A stretch of 63,920 nucleotides of DNA, filler included, from Choristocarpus tenellus KU-1152 (lineage: Eukaryota; Protista; Phaeophyceae): the NCBI GenBank assembly GCA_964200185.2. It is 9 parts of 9 records of this genome, joined end to end, with 100 filler letters (N's around TTAATTAATTAA, not from the genome) between each part and the next. Parts side by side here need not be neighbours in the genome. Positions count along the whole stretch, not along the records: positions 36,218 to 46,115 come from CAXNAD020003297.1; positions 46,216 to 49,363 come from CAXNAD020021977.1; positions 49,464 to 63,920 come from CAXNAD020001183.1; 6 more parts are not named here. One strand, written 5' to 3'. The notes beneath the pieces are model-generated. The model saw only the letters and a list, made by a program, of their open reading frames with translations, ran no database searches and was not told the origin of the DNA. A program made the translations under genes and the position numbers. This document shows positions 40,128 through 52,024 of the stretch, in pieces. The first letter of the stretch is position 1, and every line of letters starts with the position of its first letter.

Positions 40128-40980
40128 TACCATCGGGCGAAAGAATCAAATTGGTTTATTCATGTTTTCCCCAAGTGTTTAAAATTGCTACCTATTGCCA
40201 TGTCGGCAAACGATATCAAGATGGGTTATTCATACTTACCTCATGCGTTCAAAAATTCTATCTTCTGCCATCCGACATTAGATAAACAAATTGTGTTATT
40301 AATGTTTTCCGCATGCGTTTGAAATTGCTATCTTCCGCCATCCGACAGAAGATAGCAAATTTGGTTATGAATGTTTTCCACATGCCTTGAAAGAAAATAT
40401 ATCAAGTTGTGTTATTAATGTTTTCTACATGCGTTTGAAATTGTTACCTATTGCCTTGAAAGAAAAGATATAAAGTTGGGTTATTCATATTTTCCCCATG
40501 CGTTCAAAAATGCTATCTTCCGCCATCCGACGGAAGATATCAAGTTTTGTTATTAAAGTTTTCCGCATTTGTTTAAAATTGCTAACTATTGCCTTGAAAG
40601 CAAAGGTATCAAGATGGGTTATTCATGTTTACCCCATGCGTTCAAAAATGCTATCTTCCGCCATCCGACATAAGATAACAAATTGTGTTATGAATGTGTT
40701 CTGCATGCGTTTAAAATTGCTACCTGTTGCGCTTGAAACAAACTATATAAAGTTGGGTTATTCTTGTTTTCCCCATGCGTTCCAAAATGCCATCTTCCGC
40801 CATCCGACAGAAGATCGCAAATTGTGTTATGAATGTTTTCCACATGCCTTGAAACAAGGGATATCAAGTTGTGTTATTAATGTTTTCCACATGCGTTTGA
40901 AATTGTTACCTATTGCCTCGAAAGAAAAGATATAAAGTTGGGTTATTCGTGTTTTGTCCATGCGTTTAAAATTGCTACCT
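40128..40980. repeat. ~59-bp satellite with two monomer types
   Basis: Monomers share GTTATT.ATGTTTTCC.CATGCGTT.AAA and end in either CTATCTTCCGCCATCCGAC or TACCTATTGCCTTGAAAG. Confidence 0.9.
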
Positions 40981-43221
40981 TTTACGGTTCCACAAGTGTT
41001 GACAACTCGCAGTATCGACAGCAAAAAAAAATTCCCTCTCCATTTAAAATAAAGGTCTCGTTTAAACCGTACATTATTATTTTCCACGAATTGTTCGAAA
41101 CCATCCTTTACAAAACCTTGCATTCTTTTCGTCGTACAGCTCTATATAGATTGGACATGAACGACTGACCACTCACGATCCCTTTCTTCCTCTCACATTT
41201 TTCTCTACCAGATGCAAACGAGCTAGAGGATCTTCTACTTGGCGTCTGGGGGGAGCACAAGAAGCGCGACGCTCCTGGCGTAAGTGCATTTCGGCATTGT
41301 CCATATTTCAACGTGAAACGTCTCCTGTTGGAAGTATCAAACATCCCATCCAGCACATACGTAGGCACTAAAGATGAATGCATTTGTACATTTTTAGATA
41401 AAACGAAATCTACAACAGGTTGAACATTAATTTTAATCAAACAATATTAACCCATCAATTTTTTGAAAAATTATGTGAATCGATTTTGTGAAATAATTGT
41501 TATATGTAGTCTTTTCCATTGTCTTTAAATTTTAAACCTTTGTTTTTCTACGAATAAATTAGCATGATGTTTTCTTATAATAGCATTTGCCGTTGAAAGT
41601 AACAGCAATTGCACATAGTGACAACCACTAAGGATTATGTTCCTTTGCCTATGAAAGGTGTCAACACACATCGTCATGATCACACCTGCTTCAGTGATTG
41701 ACGTGTCGCCCTCCCCTCAACGCATTGCTTACACCCCCCCGACCAGGACAAGATCGACTTTAGGGCGGTGCACTCCTTCACTGTGCTGTGGTACATCAAC
41801 CCAGATGTGCCATTGAGTCCCTGAGGAAGAGTGGGGGGTTCACCCATGTCTATAGAAAGCAGGTGGCCTAACCCTAACCCCCCAAACACTGGAACAACTT
41901 TGCGGCCGTATCTATGTGTTGTGCTGGGTGGCATTCGATCATTGCCCAGAATATATTCCCCCGTTTGCACATTCTTCTAACCCGACATTCTTCCAATCCT
42001 GACTACACGTACCCCGGTTCCAACTTGAAACGTGCAATATGTCCCTCCCTTTGAACAGGTAACTAAAGAGATCAGGACGCAGCATTTCGCAAGAATGTGC
42101 ACTGATGTCCTGGCTGGGGATGGACTTTCCATCTTGAGAGGAGAGACCCGGCAAAACTACGTTTGGGGCGACATTGTAAAGGTGGCCGCGCATGTCTTCT
42201 CCCAGCAGGCAGCAGCCAAAAAACTACCGTCAGATACGCTCTCTCTCTCGTACATGGTTGGCACGGAGACCTTCTCAGATGAATGGGTACGTCCAGTCTT
42301 GAGATTGATTTTGCTCAGCTGCTGCAAAACCGTGTGCACTACGCTGACGCTGTCACAACACAAAGTATCATTCACTCGTTGACCCAAAACTCATGAACTT
42401 GCCCACTCCCCATTCACTCCTCCACGACAGTTCTCCTAGACTCTGAGAGCCCAAAGAAACAAACGGCCCCAGACCAACCCCTGTGAGGATAAACCCAAGA
42501 GGGGACGAGGGAAGGGGAAGAAAAATTCGTCAGGGATCGCGGATGCCACCTTGAAATCCGTGTCATAAACCAATTTTCCACTTGACACGCCCCAGCTATG
42601 ACGTGCATATCTAAGGAGGATGCACCTTAAGCGTGTCCTCATCGAAGGGGCTGTCCTCGAGGTCACTATCCAGGTCATGAACAACCTCAAGAGGAAGGAC
42701 GAGCTCGGCATCGACCCCAATGGCAAAGACTCCTCCAATGGGACTCCAAATAATTACACCCTGTCCAAAGAGGTACGCAGGGGTTTGAGGTTTTGCTCTG
42801 GACTGCCGTTCGTATCGACATTCCTTACATTTCACAACTCGACAACCCCTCTGATCAACGTTCCCCAAACCCTGAAAATTTGTCAGGTGATAAAGGACCT
42901 CGTGTTTCAAGATGTGGAAAAGGGTAATCTATTCTTGGACATCGTGAAATACTCCAAGGGTGTTACCTTAAAGGCCAGCGACGAACACGAAGGCAAGCTA
43001 CCAAAGCATCGTACAACATACAACTATATCTACATCACAAACCTTTGCCCTCCTCAAGCACAGTGTCTCGTCTCTCCTTCAGTTCCCAACTCTGGACACT
43101 CTTATGCACACAGATTACTATTGCGCAACCTTCTCCACTTTTCACCTGTGACACCGACATCGCGCACCTAAGCCCAAGCACAGAAATTTTCCATCCAAGT
43201 CACACCTCACCATTTCAGACA

Positions 43222-43676
43222 AGTCATCCTACAGATCTGTTTGGTACCATTATCGATGTCCAATAACGTTGTGCCTTTGAATTACGTCCACTACAACAGT
43301 GCACTTGAATACCCACTCCTAACCAAATTAGAACATGTACCAGAAATCTATGAGCACGCCATTTTGGGTCCGTGTCACACTGTAGACTCAGCCTTTTTAT
43401 TGTGCACGAGGATCCCATCATACACGACAAGAAATAGAGGAATCCTTAGATAATCGCAACGAAGTGTCTGCCACGGATCCTGGATTGTACTCTAACGCCT
43501 AACGGACCAGTCATCCTACAGATCTATTTTGGGTCCCATTATCGATATCCAAGAACTCTGTACCTTTGCATTACGTCCACTACAACAGTGTGCTTGAATA
43601 CCCACTCCTATCTAAATTAGGACATGTACCAGAAAGCTGTGAGCACGCCATTTTGGGTCCGTTTCACACTATAGAC
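43222..43676. repeat. ~166-bp direct repeat, 2 copies (43222-43387, 43509-43676)
   Basis: Shared AGTCATCCTACAGATCT...TTACGTCCACTACAACAGTG...GAGCACGCCATTTTGGGTCCG; the second copy abuts the copia LTR. Confidence 0.85.
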
Positions 43677-43678
43677 AA

Positions 43679-46115
43679 TGTGCAAATTACCTTGGGAGGT
43701 AATGCTATTTCTCAGTAGTGAAGATAAGAGGGTGTGAAGCCTCACACGACCCCTTTGCTGAACGTGAAAAAGAATGGATAGTTGAAATTAGAAGAGTGAC
43801 CTTTGTGGGTGTCTTCTCATTGCTTTTTTATTATTTGTTTGTGCTTCCTACAGAAGTCAACAATTGAATCAAAGTAGTTGAATTCAAATCAACAAAACCT
43901 ATACATATTCCATTCATAATCCGGATGTAATTTCTCATTAGTTACATCACATGGACTCCATCAAAATAACTCTCTCTCATACACAAAATAAGGTACACCT
44001 AACTATTGTCCTATTTTGCACACTCCCCCATGAGAGTGCAGGCAATGAAGAGTTGCTGGAACTCTCAAACCTAAAACATCTTATTGTGCACACTCCCCAT
44101 TCTGCACACTTCCCATGAAAATTGAATTATAAGACATCAGATTGGTTCAATTCTCACACACATGACATTTATCTTCTCAACGCAGTAAAATAACGCAGAT
44201 TACTTCAAGTTTAACACATGACATTCATCTAGTCAGCGCAGTATCTACAAAGTGTTCTACCTGCTTCTTGCGTAATCTTTTGGTCAAGATGTCTGCTAGT
44301 TGTAGTGTTGTGGGTATATACTTCACTCTAAAGAATCTTTATTGACGTACTCCCTGGTGCATTTCAGCTTGATGTCGACATGCCTTGTTTTTCCGTTGAA
44401 GCCTTCAGTTATTGCTGCTTGGATCGCTCCTAGGTTTTCTCCATACCAAACCGTGACCCCTTTGAGTATGCCCAGCTCCTCCTCGTCAGTTCTTCTTGCT
44501 GTCAGGTCCATTCCTGGGTTCAAAGGTGATGAGGTACTCCTTACTTCTGCGGATCCCATTCCTTCTCGAACAATGCTCTCTGCATGGAAATGCTGGCCTA
44601 GCGTGATGCCAGCCTCATCCCTGGTGATTGCCACCCCAACTAACTTTTCTGGGGTCCCGAGATCCCGTCCTTCGTACCTAGCAGATTGTTCTTCATCCTT
44701 GTTATTTCTTCTTGGTAGTTTCCAGTCAATGTGATGTCATCCATGCAGTGAAAAAGAACAGCAATCCTTCCATCTTCACTCCTTTTGACATACAAGCAGG
44801 CGTCAAAATCGCTAACACTCCAACCCTCAGCTAAAATTGTTCCCTTTAGCTCCTTGTACCACTCCATTGCTGATTGCTTAAGGCCATAGATAGCCCTGGC
44901 AGCTCTTACGATGGATCCATTGGGTAGTTGTAGCCATACATCTTCAGGAAGTGGCGCGTTTCAGGTAGGCTTGAGTGATGTCTAGGGAGTTGATGATCCA
45001 GTTTCTGTTAGCTGCTGTAGCCAAGACTGCTCGAATCACGTCAAATCCCACCACTGGACTAAACGTGCTGAAGTAGTCCACCCCTTCTTGTTGGGAAAAG
45101 TCCCGTGCCACCAGCCTGGCCTTACATCTTTCGATGTCTCCATGTGCAGTCCTATTATTTTGAAAATAAATCTGGTTTTGATGGGTCTCCTCCCTGGTGG
45201 CAGACTCTATCCCTCACGGAAGGTTCCTTTGGTTAATTGGCCCCCCATTTCTTGTTCCATTGCCTTCTTCCAGTGTTCTGCATCAGGCCCTGCAAGGGCT
45301 TCTGCGATGGTTGATGGCTCCTGGTGGTTTATTGAGATGTCACCTGCCATGCCCATCAAACAGCATGCATCATCCGTACTTGATCTGAGCAGATTCACTA
45401 TATTCTCTCCCAGTTCTTCTGTATCTCCAGAGTGTAAGCCCCTGTAGTCCACCCTGGGTTGTTCAGCTATCCTAGCTGACCTCCGTTGTCCACTAGGTGA
45501 ACTTGAGTTCTTTCCAACGCCTGTTGCTTGGGTTATCGGATCGACTGCAATATCGAAATCCCAATCAGAGTCGTCTTCAGTCTCAGAAATTTCTTCATCG
45601 TCCGTCGAAGTCAGGGTCTCTCTCTCCCCCACGAAGTCCATGATGTGTTCGTCTGGCTCGAACGTCAAGTGGGCAGAGGTTACCAACTTGGCCTCTTGAG
45701 GAAGCCAGATGTGCCAGCATAATGATGTGCAATCATGTCCCATTATCTTACCTCTCTTGGCGTATGGGTGGAACTTGGCGCTGCCCCCTCTCTGCTGCTT
45801 GTCCTGATGAACATAGCACTCGCTCCCCCAGGCCCGAAGCCTATCGTAGTTGAAGGACTTTCGTGTTAGACGCTCGCATGGCGTCTCTCCTCCCAGGTAT
45901 TCATGCGACATGCCTCCAGTCTTGAAGGCGACGTCCGTGACCAATTACCGTCGCCCAGCCCAGCTTTTACCAGTTGACTCCTTGTTGTCCCCATGAGTTG
46001 CTTTATCGCCCTTTCAGCGATTCCATTGCTTTGTGGTGTTCTCGGTGGAGATTTCCTCCATCGGGTACCGTTGTTCGCCAGCATCCTTTGGAACTTCACC
46101 GATCTCCCAAGCTCG
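43679..46115 (-). mobile_element. Ty1/copia LTR retrotransposon, 3' part (LTR 43679-44022, PPT 44023-44032)
   Basis: LTR with TG...CA, polypurine tract CATGGGGGAG, and pol in integrase-RT-RNase H order; truncated at contig end. Confidence 0.93.
44225..46115 (-). pseudogene. copia pol (integrase, RT, RNase H), frameshifted
   Basis: PPRTPQSNGIAER, LRAWGSECYVH, EPSTIAEAL..WKKAMEQEM, TFSPVV, YGLKQS, DACLY, HCMDD (YVDD decayed), TRHVDIK, QLADILTK. Confidence 0.92.
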
Positions 46116-46215
46116 NNNNNNNNNNNNNNNNNNNNNNNNNNNNNNNNNNNNNNNNNNNNTTAATTAATTAANNNNNNNNNNNNNNNNNNNNNNNNNNNNN
46201 NNNNNNNNNNNNNNN
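46116..46215. other. Artificial contig spacer
   Basis: N44-TTAATTAATTAA-N44. Confidence 0.97.
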
Positions 46216-46704
46216 AAGTACATTGTGGGATAGGAGGATGCGTGATTTCTTTCTCAGAGGTAGAATATTTTGAATATACGGTATGTGTCATGCGTGTGAC
46301 TAAAATTTCCAAGAGGAATGAAGTGGTTTGTTATTTGATTGGTTGGGTTTAGCCACGTCACATCACCTTGAGGGTGGGCTTTAGGGTAGAAATATCTTCT
46401 GGATGGGGTGTCCACATGGTGGTGCAAGTCACATTTCGGCAAGTGATCAGATTTTATGTCGCATGCAACAAAGGTAAATTGGAGTGTGGGGTCATTAACG
46501 TGAACCAGAGTAGTCCCTGTGAAGATGGGTACCACTTGCCCCACTGGAATGCAGAAGCGCAGTGTACCTTGCATAGGTTTTGTTACTACTATGTATAGTG
46601 ATTAGTTTTATATTTAACTCTCTTCAAAAAGACAGTACAGTATAGTACGGTAAGCGGCAGACTGTACTGACCTGGTTCTCTCTTCTCACTTCATTTAAGG
46701 TCAG

Positions 46705-46890
46705 TTTGGGAACTACAAGCTGATTTGCTGGGAGGTGTGCTGGAGGTATGCTGGATTATGTTTCACTCTGGGGGTGGATGTATCAGAAATTGAGCTGTTG
46801 GACCTGGAGACAATTCCTCTTTTTGTAGAACTCCTGGAGGTGTATTTTTCAAATATGTGCGAGCTGGACATTGTGTTTAACTTCAGCAAG
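46705..46890 (+). pseudogene. AP2S1: Isolated, diverged exon of adaptor complex small (sigma) subunit, AP-2 sigma-like
   Basis: [62 protein letters not shown] matches RYAGL..ELA.LE.IH.FVE.LD.YF.NVCELD.VFNF. It has a 12-nt insertion and substitutions at conserved sites. Confidence 0.7.
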
Positions 46891-49363
46891 GCGAATGTTA
46901 ATATTTCAATGACATTTTGTGTTATTTACAAAGGGAGTTCAGCACTTGGAAGTAGAGTAATTAATTTAGAACGTAGTGAGGTAATATTAAGAATAATTAA
47001 AAAGCAAGTTAGTGTTAGGGAATACTTGGTACTATTAGTATAGACCGTGAAGACATGCAGCCAAATCGGTGTGACATCCAGACCATTCCGGATAGTTTTT
47101 GGAAGGCTTGCATGTGTCTCAGACAAATCAAGGGCCGTTCCTGTTCGGTTACAATCATATCTGATTTAGTTGCGTGCACTGGGGCACATCCTCACAAATC
47201 AAAACCTTTATGAGTTAACTGCTTTGTTTGTGGATCCCAATTCATTTGTACCTGTTTACGTTTCTGAGAGTGATGTGGGACAAGTCTTCTAATGACCTGG
47301 CGAAATGTTGACTAATCAAGAGACTGTGATTTCACGACGTGTCTCACAATCACAATTAATTGGGGAGGGTTTTCAAGTCAATGCATTCGTATGGAGGAAT
47401 CAGTTGTTCACATGTTGCGGATAGGGGAGTGGTAAAGACAAGTATTTGTACATGTTTTGTAGGTGAGGGAGTAATACAGACAAATATTTGTACATACTTG
47501 CAGAGGATGAGTCATATTGGTATGAGATATATTTGTAACCATGTTGGATGGGAAGGGGGTACTGAAAACTCATTTGTGCTCATTTGCACTCATTTGTGAG
47601 GCACCAATACGTGAGTTATGATCGTTTTTACCGACTTGAAAAAGAAAAAGTGTAGTAAGAGAGTTCATCAAGAGCTCAATGATCTTGTTATTGAAGTGGA
47701 AGAAATGGAAATACAAGACGCAGGACAGGTCTATTGAGTAGTAGCAGTAGTTGCTATACTATCCTGGAGTTGCACAGTTCAACTTCAAGGCTGTTTCTAG
47801 AGAGGGTGTTGGCTAGGGAGAGGGAGAACTGGGGAGGAGGAGTCGCCCCTTCCATTCCTCTCTGCCTGTGAAGGAAATTACATGCGCCATGTACTGTATA
47901 TTGGAAAAAGTACATTTGTTGTCGGTAGACCCCTGGAGTAACATGCTTTAGTCATAAAAATGGGTGGGAGTACTCTCAAACAGTCCTTCAACTAGGAGCA
48001 GAATTACAGCAATTGCTCTGAAGAGAAGGACACAAGGATTGCTAGTATTTACTGCGCAACTTACACCACCAAGAGCACCATGATCCCCTCAATCGTAGTT
48101 TTCATAAAGAAGTACTAGGGATTATAGTATTTCAAAGTGCCTGCAGAAAACCTTTGTATTATTTGTGCCTCTAAAATACGTGCGGAGAACAACCCCCATT
48201 TCTAGGGCTAGCCCTTGCATCATGTGTGTTCCTTGTGGAGAATATTACAGTAGATACATATGAATGTGCATTGTGCGGTAGCAAGGAACTCCCTGTGGCC
48301 ATAAGGTGGAGCTACTCACCCTACTTCCATTTGTCCCAAACAGAGCTCTTACTTGGTGATGCTGTAACCCCAGTGGAGTGTGTGCCTGCATATTTCCCCT
48401 TTGAACTAGGCTGAGTGAGATGTGCAGACTGAACCTTTGTCCTGTTGGAAGAGGACTTGACAGTAGTAGCAGTTGAATCACAGGCAGGGGTATGTATATA
48501 TTGATCGCTCCTGGTCATTCCCGCATCCACTGATGGTTATTGTCCGCTTCAGAGAGGTTAGATGATATGAGTGTTTGTCATTAGCTCTCTAATCAAGTCG
48601 TCAAAATATCTGCTAGGCTATATTAACATGTTCCACCGTTTCCTCTCCAAGTGGATCGCTACAAGAAATGGACAATGGACGAACTTGCATTCTGATTTCC
48701 TTCCCGAAAAAGAAAATGCTATGCTCTGTATCCCTACTTGCCAAACACGACGAAGTAAAATTGTAGCTGATTGTTTGTTCACACAGATCAATAACCAAAA
48801 ATATCAATCTTCACTAGGATGAGGCACATCCTGGAGACCACAATCAAAGCCCTGTAGTACAGGCCCATACAGTTAGCTAACTGGTGTTGGTGTTTGCAGT
48901 CTTGCTTCCGCTAATTATGCAAGCACACACACACAAACACATTCGTAGAATCATGCATAGAGATGCACATGTATGGAAAATTAGGGTTTGCACAGACGTT
49001 CCCAACCATTGCCGTTTAAGCTCCACAAACAGGTGGACCCATTGAACATGGCGGTTGTGGATGGCTGTGTGGTGCACCAGCATCGTGAGACCCAAATCAC
49101 GCTCAAAATCCTATGCCCCTCACTATTATTGGGAGATGGATTTGAGTGGCACGGCTTGCTCTCAAAGTCAGAAGCAATATTCCTGTTTGTTTTGATGTGA
49201 TACACATATATATATAGTTGGTGTGTCACAGATATGTGCCTACATACTTGAGCATATACAAATATATATATAGATAAATGTGTGGAATTGACCATCTACA
49301 TGTAGGTCTAGTCATGCCATCTATCACACTGTCAAATGAAGTACACAGCAGAGGCAGCTATTA

Positions 49364-49463
49364 NNNNNNNNNNNNNNNNNNNNNNNNNNNNNNNNNNNNN
49401 NNNNNNNTTAATTAATTAANNNNNNNNNNNNNNNNNNNNNNNNNNNNNNNNNNNNNNNNNNNN
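49364..49463. other. Artificial contig spacer
   Basis: N44-TTAATTAATTAA-N44. Confidence 0.97.
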
Positions 49464-51020
49464 ACCGATGGTGTCTATAGTGTACCAGCAGCACTATCTA
49501 CGAACAGAACCCAAAACAAGGAACAGGTGCAAGTGTTTCGAGTGGTAGAAGCACTGAGCGAGTGAGGCAACAGAATTTGTGGTGTCCAACCGTCGCCAGC
49601 AATGACGAAAATCGTCACATCCGTCACTAATCATAAAATGCATGGACACAATATTATACTGTGTATTGTAAGTTTTCTTGTTTGGGTCAATTGCTGCTTG
49701 ATTGCCATTGAGCAAGAAAGTGAACCACACTTGGACTTCACGACCCTGCACTACCTCGTAAAATCAAGTAAGTGTATGTGGGTGACGGTGTGGGTGGTGC
49801 TATTAAGTTTCTGATACTAGGTGAGTCTGATATACTTTGCAATCTCATCTCTCTTGCCTCCTCTGCTTTGTTTATTGCAAAAAGCACCTTGTGAGCAGAC
49901 TCACATGATCAAGTGACACCACAAGAAAAAGAGATGACTGTCATTCTTCCCGCAGATGACTTGATTAATATTTCAGGTCGTTTTTCTACAAAAATACAAA
50001 ATCACAGGTCAGGTGTGAAAACAATTCTGCAAACACTCTACAATGTGGGTGTTGGGAAATCGTCCCCACTGAAAAATGTGATCTTACATGTTACAATATG
50101 TAACACATGCCGATCAATTAGTTGTTATTTGCCCTCCCAAAACCAGCATGATAACATGGTCTTCACTGAAATTAACAAATCGACCTGTTTCTCACACTGA
50201 ACGTTGCCGTTTCAAAAAAGTAAACTCCGATCAACCAATAACTACTACTATTGAACTGTGATATATAATGCAGTATATATTGTTACTTTGAAACATAAAA
50301 TATGGTAGACATTACCGACCATCAATGCTGCCATACCCCCCAAACAAACATATTCCACTCTCTCTGACCTTAGGGGAAGATAGATAGAGAGAGAGGTGTG
50401 AGACACCAAAAAAAAAAAATCATAGATAAAAAATGGCGTAATATTTACTGGGCGAGCATTCTGGAAAGTGCCAAGAAAAATCCTCAACCCAAACCAATAC
50501 GACGCTAGCGGAACTCAGTAACTAATCCTATGTATATGATCGTCTCTACTGTAGTACGAGAAACGACGAAAAAAAATAAACAGCCGTTGCGAGTAACAGA
50601 ACAGAATAGAATACCAAACCCACCACTTACTGCTGGTTGCATTTAGAACACTACAGTGAGCGCCCCAACGAAGAATGCGCGATAATTCTTCCGAAAATCT
50701 ACCAGTACTTTTTTACGATGCAAATCAAACGAGAATACTGTACAACCCCTGTCTGTGAATCACAGCTGAGACCAAAATATTGACACAAATTAGACCACCT
50801 CGACAAGCAGTCCTTTTCATATCCACTCTACAAAAAAATATCCAGTCACCTCTTGTCTAGCCCAATGAAAACAAAGAATATATCAACAGCATCTAACAAG
50901 AAGAACCAACAAAGATACAATCAAACGCATCAGTCTCTCCAACTGTTACACAAAAAAGGTGGGCATGAATCCATGCCTCATTTCAATTTGACACCAACTT
51001 ACTCCCCCCTTGTCCTAACC

Positions 51021-51160
51021 CTAGACGCAACACACCCAGCCAACACAGGTGCGCCCTGAGCGAGTCTCATCAGAGCTCGTAAGTGGGCATACAACATGGC
51101 GACAGCCCTTGCAGCACAGCCAGTATGATGCACAACCCTTGGTGCAACCCACACAAGGAC
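51021..51160 (-). CDS. Calpain terminal exon, Cys-rich tail
   Basis: CCTAG acceptor, phase 1; GPCVGCTKGCASYWLCCKGCRHVVCPLTSSDETRSGRTCVGWVCCV-TAG. Confidence 0.85.
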
Positions 51161-51873
51161 CTAGGTCAATGCGGTCGTTGGAAAGGGGAGGAGAGAAGTG
51201 TGTAACATAAACAGCTTCGTAGCAGTGAAGGATTAAATGTGTTCAGAGCAGCACAAACTTTTCATTTCTTAGGGTGAGTACGTTCAAGAAAAGAGTCTTA
51301 TCCTTTTGACATAATATCATATTCTTGTGGCATGGTGCCCATCTCTTGAAGACCCCCATAGCCTTACCTTTCTCTTCAATTCAAAAGGACTCATTTCTAC
51401 AAAACTTGACTTCCTCTCAATAATAATTCAAACAGTTCAAACAAGGAATCTCACTTCATCAGAAAAATCACCACTCTGCAGAACAGAATTTAAGCACCCC
51501 AACCCAAACTGCAGCAAGGGTACAGCAATCAAACCGTTCTTATTACTAGATTACTCTCTCTGAGCCAGTCAATCGTTGCAGTTGAAGCAAAGATAAAGAA
51601 CACCAGATGGGACCCCTGCATTATTTTAACATGTCAACTATGATACCATATTATCTTGAAAAATCGGAACACTGCTTTCAGAAAAAATTCAGCAGTAACG
51701 ACATCAATGGGGCATGGCTAGGTTTAGGGTTGAGGTGTCACAAAATTACAGCGAGTAGAGGGTCATCATATATTCAAACGTACACATCGCACCTTTTCTT
51801 TTTTCTAAAATGTCAAAAGAATAATATCGAAAGAATATAATATCTAAAGATCTGAACCTCACCCACGTCTTAC

Positions 51874-52024
51874 CCGCACAGCCCAAGCTCTCGTGTGCAT
51901 CCAAGACGAGGTCACTCGCATCCCGAGAACGGGCACAAATGGTGATCTCTGTCCATACCTCTCTAAAATCTTCCCAGGACATCCAGAATCGACCGTCATT
52001 GGCTTGACCAGGCTTCAAAGCAGC
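51874..52024 (-). CDS. Calpain exon (end of CysPc domain)
   Basis: AALKPGQANDGRFWMSWEDFREVWTEITIC (DG.FWMS..DF); ACAG / GTAAGA sites. Confidence 0.92.

Noticed and set aside
40498-40935. 145-aa repeat ORF
   Set aside because: Lies wholly in the ~59-bp satellite; no splice or homology support.
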